A DNA stretch of 64,000 bases from Escherichia coli (GTDB taxonomy: Bacteria > Pseudomonadota > Gammaproteobacteria > Enterobacterales > Enterobacteriaceae): assembly GCF_024700885.2 (NCBI RefSeq), contig NZ_CP117016.1; one strand, 5' to 3'. The notes below the pieces were generated by a model. It was given only the letters and a program-made list of their open reading frames with translations, ran no database searches and was not told the DNA's origin. Position 1 is the first letter of the stretch. Each line of letters begins with the position of its first letter. Shown one piece after another: positions 54,095-63,033 of the stretch. A program made the position numbers and the translations under genes.

Positions 54095-55445
54095 ATGAGC
54101 AGCTCACTTCCTGACGATATCAATGCACTGAAACGTCTCCTTGCCGAACAGGAGGCGCTGAACCGTGCCCTGCAGGAAAAGCTGAACGAGCGTGAACGCG
54201 AAATAGACCATCTGCAGGCACAGCTGGATAAGCTGCGCCGGATGAACTTCGGCAGCCGCTCGGAAAAAGTCTCCCGTCGTATCGCACAGATGGAAGCTGA
54301 CCTGAAGGCACTTCAGAAAGAAAGTGATACCCTTACCGGTCGGGTTGACGACCCGGCCGTGCAGCGCCCGCTGCGTCAAACCCGCACCCGCAAACCGTTC
54401 CCCGAATCACTCCCCCGCGATGAAAAACGGCTGCTGCCGGCAGCGTCATGCTGCCCGGAATGTGGAGGCTCGCTGAGCTATCTGGGTGAGGATGCCGCCG
54501 AACAGCTGGAGTTGATGCGCAGCGCCTTCCGGGTTATCCGGACTGTACGTGAAAAGCATGCCTGTACTCAGTGCGATGCCATCGTGCAGGCCCCCGCGCC
54601 TTCACGGCCCATCGAGCGGGGTATCGCAGGACCGGGGCTGCTGGCCCGCGTGCTGATCTCAAAGTATGCAGAGCACACCCCGCTGTACCGCCAGTCTGAA
54701 ATGTACGGCCGCCAGGGCGTGGAGCTGAGTCGTTCACTGCTGTCGGGCTGGGTGGATGCATGCTGCCGGCTACTGTCACCGCTGGAAGAAGCGCTTCAGG
54801 ACTATGTGCTGACTGACGGTAAGCTCCATGCTGATGACACGCCTGTCCCGGTGCTGTTGCCAGGCAATAAGAAAACGAAGACCGGGCGGTTATGGACCTA
54901 CGTTCGTGACGACCGTAACGCCGGGTCAACGCTGGCGCCGGCGGTGTGGTTCGCTTACAGCCCGGACAGAAAAGGCATCCATCCGCAGACCCATCTTGCG
55001 GGGTTCAGTGGTGTACTGCAGGCGGATGCATACGCCGGGTTCAACGAGCTGTACCGGGATGGCCGGATAACGGAAGCCGCCTGTTGGGCTCACGCCCGCC
55101 GTAAAATCCACGATGTGCACGTTCGCACCCCGTCAGCCCTGACGGAGGAAGCGCTGAAACGGATCGGCGAACTGTACGCCATCGAGGCAGAGATAAGGGG
55201 AATGACGGCGGAGCAGCGCCTTGCCGAACGTCAGTTGAAAACGAAACCGCTGCTGAAATCCCTGGAAAGCTGGCTGCGTGAAAAGATGAAAACCCTGTCG
55301 CGACACTCAGAACTGGCGAAAGCGTTCGCATACGCCCTGAACCAGTGGCCGGCGCTGACGTACTATGCAGATGATGGCTGGGCTGAGGCGGACAATAACA
55401 TCGCTGAAAATGCGTTGCGGATGGTCAGTCTGGGCCGCAAAAACT
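54095..55445 (+). pseudogene. IS66-family TnpC (DDE transposase), interrupted at codon approximately 451
   Basis: Leucine zipper and CPECGG zinc motif. It reads ...MVSLGRKN and then enters the inserted IS. The remainder resumes at 56892. Confidence 0.88.
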
Positions 55446-55696
55446 CTTATGACCTTTGTCAAATATTAAGCCCAAAAAGACCTACGCAGCTCCGGGAGCT
55501 TCGTTATATCGCGGATTAAAGAACCTGAAACAGTCAGACTGTATCTTGGATTTTACAAACTCTTATTCGGGGATTTTAGCCCCATGACGATTTACGCAGT
55601 GAGCTGGCCTCTTTCTACGTGCAGGTATTAGCGCATTCTGGCTTCCCTGAATTCTTTTTCGAGGATCACTCATTCCGTGTCTGACTGCTTCAGGGT
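55446..55696 (-). ncRNA. candidate bridge/seek RNA region of the IS110-family element (251-nt non-coding 3' arm)
   Basis: The IS has only 59 nt upstream of its recombinase but 251 nt downstream. IS110/IS1111 elements are known to encode a guide RNA in their long non-coding end. The RNA ends are not determined. Confidence 0.45.
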
Positions 55697-56830
55697 TTAA
55701 TTTTGCTTCTGCTGACTGAATGATGATTGGGCAGCAAGTGCAATATCCCACATAAATCCAGTCAACTCACGAGCCACCGCCGTAATGGCTACTTGTGATT
55801 TTTTCCCTTTTGCTGTCAGAGTTCGGTAACGAGAACACAATCGTTGTTGAGCTTTCCATGCAATATCTTTGGAATATTGTGTTACAGAGTCCGGTCGGTA
55901 ATATATAAGCCATGCACCAACTTTTGCAGGTGTACGATAAGACCAGGCGGCTTCGTAAAGCAGACGTCTCAGTTCGCTGTTTCCAACTTTTGTTATTCCT
56001 CTGGGACGAATACTGTTTCCACTGGAATATTCACCTGGCACCAGTCCCAGAAAAGCCATGAGCTGTTTGGGATTGGAAAATCGCGAAAAATCACCCAGTT
56101 CAGCAACCAGGGTTATTGCAATTAGCTGACCAACACCTTTTAGAGCCTGCAACTGGCAGACCAGATTGCACAGAGACCACTCAGGTAACAGGCGAGATAT
56201 TTCCTGGTCGAGTTGAAGTATGCGATCTTCAATCTGCTCCAGACTTTGACAATAGTGTTGAAAAGCAATCTGCTGAGATGGCTGACTAAATGATTGATTA
56301 GCTAACCAGGTTCGATGTTTGCCGGTCCAGTGCTTCCCTGCATAACGTTTGTCTGTTCGCAATAGCATGCTCAGAATTCGCTGTCGGGCAACTCTGCTGT
56401 CTCGTTTAGCTGCTGCACGGGCTCTGATTAGATCCCGCATAGCTTCATGAGTCAGGTCAGGGATCCAGACAGGGGTAAGTTCACCAGCCCGCAGTAACCT
56501 GGCAAGAGAAATTGCGTCCCGATGATCATTTTTGATTCTGTCTGTCGGTGATTTTGGTATCCGGGAAGGGGCAATAACCTGGAATTTTATATTCATCGCT
56601 GTGAGTTGATGATATAGCCCAAAACCACAGGGGCCAGCCTCATAGCAGGAAAGAATGTTTCCGTAAAGTCCCTGCAATTTCTGAAATAATCGACGTACAG
56701 CCTGGGCTTCGTTGTTAATCGTACCATAATAACGAACTTCGCCAAGCCGTTCAGGTGCAGCAATAGCAACCGCCAACGTTTCTTTATGTACATCCAGCCC
56801 GATGTAAGCTGCAATATTTTCCGAATGCAT
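55697..56830 (-). CDS. IS110-family DEDD recombinase/transposase
   Basis: 377 aa with the N-terminal YIGLDVHKETLAVAI (DEDD RuvC-like) and C-terminal Tnp_20 region GVGQLIAITLVAELGDFSRF...SGNS. Confidence 0.9.
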   Translation of the reverse strand: MHSENIAAYIGLDVHKETLAVAIAAPERLGEVRYYGTINNEAQAVRRLFQKLQGLYGNILSCYEAGPCGFGLYHQLTAMNIKFQVIAPSRIPKSPTDRIKNDHRDAISLARLLRAGELTPVWIPDLTHEAMRDLIRARAAAKRDSRVARQRILSMLLRTDKRYAGKHWTGKHRTWLANQSFSQPSQQIAFQHYCQSLEQIEDRILQLDQEISRLLPEWSLCNLVCQLQALKGVGQLIAITLVAELGDFSRFSNPKQLMAFLGLVPGEYSSGNSIRPRGITKVGNSELRRLLYEAAWSYRTPAKVGAWLIYYRPDSVTQYSKDIAWKAQQRLCSRYRTLTAKGKKSQVAITAVARELTGFMWDIALAAQSSFSQQKQN

Positions 56831-56891
56831 AATGACCTCCTCTGGAATATCCCACCAATGCTATAGTGAGTATATAAAGGTCATACCATCT

Positions 56892-57079
56892 ACCTGTTCT
56901 TCGGTTCGGATCATGGAGGAGAGCGGGGAGCGCTGCTGTACAGCCTGATCGGGACGTGCAAACTGAACGGAGTGGAGCCAGAAAGCTACCTCCGCTATGT
57001 CCTTGACGTCATAGCCGACTGGCCGATAAACCGGGTCGGCGAACTGCTCCCCTGGCGCGTAGCACTGCCGACTGAATAA
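56892..57079 (+). pseudogene. C-terminal remainder of the interrupted IS66 TnpC
   Basis: (Y)LFFGSDHGGERGALLYSLIGTCKLNGVEPESYLRYVLDVIADWPINRVGELLPWRVALPTE*. Confidence 0.88.
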
Positions 57080-57116
57080 CACATCCCCGTCAATACGGTT
57101 CTTGCTGCACGCTTAC

Positions 57117-57768
57117 AGTTCGTAAACGTCCGATAGCGATGATCTGAAGTGCACTATTTGCAGCACGCTCCCCACCCCGATTAAGTCGGTAACGGTTCAT
57201 TTTTTTAGAAGATACGGTAACCGAGTTGACACCACACAGCACCGCAAAACCTGATTCTATTCTTAGCCGTTGGGGATTATCTCCGGCAGTGATGAGCAAC
57301 TGCGAAGCGCTTTCGTATCCAACAGCATTACGTTTAATCAGTTCAGGTGCCAGTTCATCGACAATTGCCGCAATCATGACATCAAGGTCGGCGATTTCAT
57401 CATGTAACTCGAAATAGCGTCAGGCAAGTGATTTCAATGCAATGCGATAAACGTTGGTAACATTACGATATTCACTGGCACTAGGCTTCCAGGATCCCGG
57501 AGTCCTGATAAGTTGCATACGTGTCATATTTCTGAGTGGTTCGCGTAATTCATCCGGTGCAGAGATAATATAGGAATGGATAATCTGGAGAGCGACTCTG
57601 CAGGCTGATATTGCGGTTTTGCGGCAAGTTTTTGGCATCCGCTTCTACGCCAAATACCTGAAGTAGGAATGGATGCGTTAGCAGCATACATCCGGATCTG
57701 CGCGGGGAATAGCCGGAAACGGCTATCCCTACCACAATAGCTAACTTTGTAATAGTGCCCTTTTAGGC
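57117..57768 (-). pseudogene. remnant of a second, different IS110-family transposase
   Basis: The minus strand reads ...ALKSLA*RYFELHDEIADLDVMIAAIVDELAPELI...GDNPQRLR.ESGFAVLCGV..V.SSKKMNRYRLNRGGERAANSAL. It has an in-frame stop at 57417-57419 and its C-terminus is cut at the IS66 end. Confidence 0.65.
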
Positions 57769-58800
57769 TCATGTACTCTGACGTAATTCTATCTGGTAGT
57801 TGAATTGCACGATACGCGACTCTTCTGATTCATCATGATTATTATTCAATAGCCCAATCAGTAACTTACCCGTCTCTATCCCCATTTTTTTGTAGTCAAT
57901 ACGGATGGATGTCAAGGTTGGGTGTGTTTGATCGCAATTGTCTGAACCATCAAGACAAGCTACAGCGATATTTTCAGGAATTTTTAACAAACGCCGCTGG
58001 CACTCAAACATGATACCCAGCGCAATCTCTTCGTGGCTGCAAATCACAGCATCCAGCTCTGGTTGTCGCAGTAATATCTCGTTTAATGCGTAACGCCCCA
58101 ATTGCAGACTTGCGGCATCCGGCATGGTGATAACAAGATCAGAGTTCTGGTAATGGCTCAACATTGCTTTATGCCAGCCGTTCAGTTGCTGACGTTGCAG
58201 GCGGTTGTCCATATGCGCACCGATAAATCCGATATTCTTATAACCCTGTTCCAGCAGATGTTCGGTCAGTTTATGTGATGCTTCAAAAAATGCTGTTTCG
58301 ATGGTAATTTGAGCCGGACTGAAAGGGGAACCGACAACGTTAATGGTAGGTATATTTGTTTTCTCGAGTATCTGGTGAGTTTTATCAGCCAACTGAGAAC
58401 CAAAAATAACTAACGCCGCCGGGTTGCCTTGAAGAAGCGTCATCAGAATTTCAGCTTCTTTGAGCTGATTATACTCATGACACCCAAGCAGTAGCTGGAA
58501 TTCATTTTTATTAAGCACCTGCTGCAACGACTGCATAAAGCGGGAGCTGGCTTTATCTGTCAGGGAAGGAACCAGTACGGCGACTGTATCACTGTGACCA
58601 GATGCAAGGGCGCCAGCAGTTCTGTTGGGAATATAACCCAACTCTTCTACGGCCTGTTCTATCTTTTCCCTCAGCTTGTCAGATACCTGTTCCGGTGTTC
58701 TCAGCGCACGGGAAACGGTCATGGTTCCGACACCTGCAAAGTTAGCGACCTCCTGCAGCGTCACCCGTCCGGTACCACGGCGCTTACGTGTTTTTTCCAT
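57769..58800 (-). CDS. LacI-family transcriptional regulator
   Basis: 343 aa with the HTH VTLQEVANFAGVGTMTVSRALR and a periplasmic-binding-like effector domain. Confidence 0.9.
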   Translation of the reverse strand: MEKTRKRRGTGRVTLQEVANFAGVGTMTVSRALRTPEQVSDKLREKIEQAVEELGYIPNRTAGALASGHSDTVAVLVPSLTDKASSRFMQSLQQVLNKNEFQLLLGCHEYNQLKEAEILMTLLQGNPAALVIFGSQLADKTHQILEKTNIPTINVVGSPFSPAQITIETAFFEASHKLTEHLLEQGYKNIGFIGAHMDNRLQRQQLNGWHKAMLSHYQNSDLVITMPDAASLQLGRYALNEILLRQPELDAVICSHEEIALGIMFECQRRLLKIPENIAVACLDGSDNCDQTHPTLTSIRIDYKKMGIETGKLLIGLLNNNHDESEESRIVQFNYQIELRQST

Positions 58801-58945
58801 TTCGACTCCATGGATAATTACAACCAGCTGTTTTCATTACTTTTATTTCACCATTACTCTTTCCAGTTTTTGCCCACGGTAGCAAATATCCTGTTGCATT
58901 GTATATGCAGGAACCGAATATAGCCAAAGCATGGCGGCAGAGAAA

Positions 58946-58993
58946 TGATAGCGCTATCACAAAGATTGATAGCGTTATCAGATAGCGCTATCA
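58946..58993. promoter_or_regulatory. three LacI-type operator palindromes
   Basis: TGATAGCGCTATCA (58946-58959), TGATAGCGTTATCA (58967-58980) and AGATAGCGCTATCA (58980-58993). Confidence 0.7.
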
Positions 58994-59070
58994 AATGCGA
59001 CAATCATCACATTAATTAATGCGTAAAATATCTACTCTCCTGTTAATTATCATCGGGAGTTATCAGTAGC

Positions 59071-59514
59071 ATGTTAAAAAATCTATTAAATACAGAGGTC
59101 GTTCAGGTCGTGGAACAGGCCAAAGACTGGCGGGAAGCCGTGGCGATTTCATGCCGGCCGTTGATTGAAAACGGTTCTATCGAACCGCGTTATGTTGATG
59201 CGATCTATCGCTCGCACGACACTATCGGTCCGTACTATGTGGTTGGCCCTGGTATTGCGATGCCTCATGCGCGCCCGGAAGAGGGAGCTAACAAGCTGTC
59301 ATTAGCACTGACCCTGATCCCTTCAGGTGTGAATTTTGATGCCGATGAAAACGATCCAGTGAAATTACTGATTGTGCTGGCTGCAACCGACAGTACCAGC
59401 CACATTGAAGCGATTTCTCAACTCGCCAAGTTATTCGATAACGAAAAAGACATACAGGCCATTTTGATGGCCAAAACGACGCAGGACATTTTGTCTGTTA
59501 TTGCGCGCTATTAA
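59071..59514 (+). CDS. PTS EIIA component (mannitol/fructose/ascorbate-type EIIA-2)
   Basis: 147 aa with GIAMPHARPE containing the phospho-His region. Confidence 0.85.
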   Translation: MLKNLLNTEVVQVVEQAKDWREAVAISCRPLIENGSIEPRYVDAIYRSHDTIGPYYVVGPGIAMPHARPEEGANKLSLALTLIPSGVNFDADENDPVKLLIVLAATDSTSHIEAISQLAKLFDNEKDIQAILMAKTTQDILSVIARY

Positions 59515-59529
59515 TCCAGAGGAACATTT

Positions 59530-59817
59530 ATGAAAATTACAGTGGTTTGCGGTAACGGCTTAGGCACCAGCCTGATGATGGAAATGAGCATTAAAAGCAT
59601 TTTGAAGGATTTGTCCGTCAGCGCTGATGTTGATCACGTCGACCTGGGCTCCGCGAAAGGGACGTCGAGTGATATCTATGTCGGCACCAAAGACATTGCC
59701 GAGCAGTTAGTCGCGCAGTCTGTCGCAGGCAAAATCGTCGCACTGGAAAATATGATTGATAAGAAAGCCATGAGAGAACGTTTATCCGTGGTATTAAACG
59801 AATTAGGCGCACTGTAA
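59530..59817 (+). CDS. PTS EIIB component (ascorbate/SgaB-like)
   Basis: 95 aa with the active-site Cys in MKITVVCGNGLGTS. Confidence 0.85.
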   Translation: MKITVVCGNGLGTSLMMEMSIKSILKDLSVSADVDHVDLGSAKGTSSDIYVGTKDIAEQLVAQSVAGKIVALENMIDKKAMRERLSVVLNELGAL

Positions 59818-59829
59818 GCTGGGGGCGAT

Positions 59830-61086
59830 ATGGATTTCTTTCGTTTTTTGATGAGCGATGTACTTTCCGAACCCGCAGTGCTGGTCGGTTTAATCGCCCT
59901 GATTGGCCTGATTGCACAGAAAAAACCGGTAACCGAATGCATTAAAGGTACCGTCAAGACCATTATGGGGTTTGTGATTTTAGGCGCAGGGGCGGGTTTA
60001 GTTGTGTCGTCACTGGGTGACTTCGCAAACATTTTCCAGCATGCCTTTGGTATTCAGGGTGTAGTGCCGAACAATGAAGCCATTGTTTCCGTAGCGCAGA
60101 AAAGCTTCGGGAAAGAAATGGCGATGATTATGTTCTTTGCGATGGTTATCAACATTATGATTGCCCGTTTCACACCGTGGAAATTTATCTTCCTGACCGG
60201 TCATCACACGTTGTTTATGTCGATGATGGTAGCGGTAATTCTGGCAACAGCAGGCATGACCGGCATTACGCTTATAGCCGTTGGCTCTTTGGTTGTTGGC
60301 GTGGCAATGGTCTTTTTCCCGGCTATTGCGCATCCGTACATGAAGAAAGTGACCGGTTCTGATGACGTTGCCATCGGCCACTTCTCAACATTATCTTATG
60401 TATTGGCCGGTTTCATCGGCAGCAAGTTTGGTAATAAAGAGCACTCGACTGAAGACATGAATGTGCCGAAAAGTCTGCTGTTCTTGCGCGACACGCCGGT
60501 TGCTATCTCTTTTACCATGAGCATAATTTTCCTGGTGACGTGCCTGTTTGCGGGTGCAGATGCGGTGAAAGAGCTTAGCGGTGGTAAAAACTGGTTCATG
60601 TTCTCTATCATGCAATCCATTACCTTCGCAGCTGGCGTGTACATCATTCTGCAGGGTGTGCGCATGGTGATTGCGGAGATTGTCCCGGCATTCAAAGGTA
60701 TTTCAGACAAGCTGGTTCCGAATGCCAGACCTGCTCTCGATTGCCCGGTCGTCTTCCCTTACGCACCTAACGCTGTACTGGTTGGTTTCCTGAGTAGCTT
60801 TGCTGCAGGTTTAATCGGTATGTTCACGTTGTATCTGCTGAACATGATCGTGATTATTCCTGGTGTGGTGCCGCACTTCTTCGTAGGTGCAGCTGCAGGG
60901 GTATTCGGTAATGCAACGGGTGGACGTCGTGGTGCGATTTTGGGTGCCTTCGCTCAAGGCTTGCTTATTACCTTCCTGCCAGTATTCTTATTGCCGGTGC
61001 TGGGTGATATTGGTTTTGCTAACACCACCTTCAGTGATGCTGACTTTGGCGCACTGGGTATTTTGTTAGGGATTATCGTTCGCTAA
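59830..61086 (+). CDS. PTS EIIC permease (UlaA/SgaT family)
   Basis: 418 aa, polytopic. The N-terminus MDFFRFLMSDVLSEPAVLVGLIALIGL is typical of the UlaA/SgaT family. Confidence 0.85.
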   Translation: MDFFRFLMSDVLSEPAVLVGLIALIGLIAQKKPVTECIKGTVKTIMGFVILGAGAGLVVSSLGDFANIFQHAFGIQGVVPNNEAIVSVAQKSFGKEMAMIMFFAMVINIMIARFTPWKFIFLTGHHTLFMSMMVAVILATAGMTGITLIAVGSLVVGVAMVFFPAIAHPYMKKVTGSDDVAIGHFSTLSYVLAGFIGSKFGNKEHSTEDMNVPKSLLFLRDTPVAISFTMSIIFLVTCLFAGADAVKELSGGKNWFMFSIMQSITFAAGVYIILQGVRMVIAEIVPAFKGISDKLVPNARPALDCPVVFPYAPNAVLVGFLSSFAAGLIGMFTLYLLNMIVIIPGVVPHFFVGAAAGVFGNATGGRRGAILGAFAQGLLITFLPVFLLPVLGDIGFANTTFSDADFGALGILLGIIVR

Positions 61087-61098
61087 TATTTTGATGAC

Positions 61099-61140
61099 AT
61101 TAATATCCTCCAGGATTTCAGGAACGTGGAGGATATTAAT
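61099..61140 (+). terminator. long perfect hairpin after the EIIC gene
   Basis: ATTAATATCCTCCA (61099-61112) pairs perfectly with TGGAGGATATTAAT (61127-61140). T-rich sequence follows. Confidence 0.55.
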
Positions 61141-61332
61141 TCCTCTTATTTTCTCCATTTTTCTTTCTTCCAGTCAGGACTGCATCCGATTAATCGTAAG
61201 CGCTCCGAGAAGTACGTAGCGTAAGGATTATTTTACAGCTGAGAAGTTTCAGTGCAGCAGTTCATGCACACGGTTCGACGGCTAGTCATTGATCTTCATA
61301 ATTACCTCGCGTAAAAAACGGGGTAAGGCCGC

Positions 61333-61524
61333 TCATCCCAGCGTCATCTCCACAGGTAATAATTCAACGCCAATGCCAGAAGAGTTCGTTAACGGAAGAC
61401 GCCGTGATATACGCCCTTTGATCAGCGAGAGCCTGAGCCATTTGAACAGAAGATTATCATTGATATCATGCTCCCGGGCAATACGGGCAACAGAACCCCT
61501 TGGTTGTAAAGCCAGTGTAACCAT
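61333..61524 (-). pseudogene. IS66-family tnpA remnant
   Basis: GSVARIAREHDINDNLLFKWLR parallels the intact TnpA at 53298. There is no tnpB or tnpC adjacent. Confidence 0.65.
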
Positions 61525-61811
61525 TTGAAGTTTAAACTCATTTGAAAATGACCTGCGGGGTTCAGCTGATAATGTTTTTTGTTCTATAACAGGTGTCCAC
61601 TTGTTGAAAAGGTGGGTACCTATGTTACCAATACAGGCTTAATGGCTACATACAGCAGTCGGTTTACGCATACACTTTTATAGTGCACTCCGGCCTCATG
61701 AATATAACGGTGGATTACCGCCGAACGAATCGGAAAATAGATACTGGAAAAAATCTGAAATTGTGACCAGTTTTTGTTGACCACTACAAATAAATAAAAG
61801 AGTTGCAGTGC

Positions 61812-61880
61812 TTGCTCGGTAAGAAAACAATGGAAGTTGAGATCCTAAAAGAAGCTGTGGAGTACACCACTCTACAGTAG
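61812..61880 (+). pseudogene. IS3-family OrfA C-terminal scrap
   Basis: LLGKKTMEVEILKEAVEYTTLQ* is the conserved OrfA tail motif. There is no upstream or downstream continuation. Confidence 0.45.
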
Positions 61881-61954
61881 TTGCGCAAATTTGGAGTGGA
61901 CGATAATGTGATCGTCTATAAGGGCAACGCTATCATAGTATTGTCCTGGCGGGT

Positions 61955-61986
61955 AAAAAAACGCGCTTACATTAACGATAAGCGCG
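61955..61986 (-). terminator. terminator of the DUF4432-like gene
   Basis: The minus strand reads CGCGCTTA-TCGTTAATG-TAAGCGCG followed by TTTTTTT. Confidence 0.75.
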
Positions 61987-62008
61987 CCGCTGTTCAGGCC
62001 TTAAGTGG

Positions 62009-63022
62009 TTATTCAATTCCTGTGGTGACTGTAAAAGTGCGTGTTTGCTGCGGTGCAACCTGAATCAGCGTGCCATTACGTTGCGCGGCAAGATACCCCT
62101 CAGGCCGACAGGTTGCAGGTAATGCAAAGGCGGCTACCTGTTGCTCGCCGTTATAAAGGATCCAGCGTGTCACATAATTTAGTTCGGCACTGGAGAAACG
62201 AGTAACAAACGTAGTGCCATCGGGAGCGATCATGCGAAACTCTGGCTGATCTGTGTAAGCGTCCAGTTTGTCTGCAAAGAAGACTATTTCTGGATCATAA
62301 AATTCCGGTTGATTCAGCGTCGACAGAGAGGCTTCTCCCTGCATAATCCGTTGATTAAACGCCAGCCACTGAGCGGTGGGATTAACATGCGAAGGTACTG
62401 ATTCACGCAACCTTAATATTTCGTCCGGTATATTCTGGCTGAACGTAGCATTTGGTATATATGCATAATTCATGTGGCACATATATTGTAGTGGCATATC
62501 TACAGAAGCCAGATTGGTTACGGCCATCTTAATATCGAACAATGTAGAGGATTTGTGAAGGACCACTGTTGGCTGAGCCAGATAATGATGCCCGAACCCC
62601 ATTACATACTCGCAACGCCCGGTAAGGCGTAACATATCTCCCTCTAATTCCATCCATGCTTCATCCATCGCGGCACAGGCCATTTCACCGTGTAGCAGAT
62701 GAGTATCTTCCGCAGATGGGCAGCCATTAGCCAGCAAACCTGAATGAAAGGCAAAACAGCCATAGGTTTCTATCACCTCTGTCGCCGGTTTAGGCTGGCG
62801 AAACATATTGCACATGGTGAGACTGTGTCCATCAAATTGCGCATCCCAAATCATCTGCCCCATCCAGGGAAGAATAATTAAATGTCCACGACTGTTTGCA
62901 ATTTTAAGCCCCTCGACACCACTGTCATAGCGAAAAGACGTGACAGTAAAATCACTATTTTCCAGCAAGATACGAGGTTTTTCGCCAAAAAGCGCCCGCC
63001 ACAAATAAATACGCGTACTCAT
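62009..63022 (-). CDS. aldose-epimerase-like (DUF4432-type) protein
   Basis: 337 aa. The family assignment is tentative and from memory. It lies 11 nt downstream of the permease gene, so it is probably co-transcribed. Confidence 0.55.
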   Translation of the reverse strand: MSTRIYLWRALFGEKPRILLENSDFTVTSFRYDSGVEGLKIANSRGHLIILPWMGQMIWDAQFDGHSLTMCNMFRQPKPATEVIETYGCFAFHSGLLANGCPSAEDTHLLHGEMACAAMDEAWMELEGDMLRLTGRCEYVMGFGHHYLAQPTVVLHKSSTLFDIKMAVTNLASVDMPLQYMCHMNYAYIPNATFSQNIPDEILRLRESVPSHVNPTAQWLAFNQRIMQGEASLSTLNQPEFYDPEIVFFADKLDAYTDQPEFRMIAPDGTTFVTRFSSAELNYVTRWILYNGEQQVAAFALPATCRPEGYLAAQRNGTLIQVAPQQTRTFTVTTGIE

Positions 63023-63033
63023 AACGATTCTCC

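Larger units (their letters stand above)
55446..56889 (-). mobile_element. IS110-family insertion sequence (about 1444 bp) inside tnpC
   Basis: The tnpC reading frame is restored exactly when 55446-56891 is removed. A CT dinucleotide is present at both junctions (55444-55445 and 56890-56891). No terminal inverted repeats are obvious. Confidence 0.85.
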
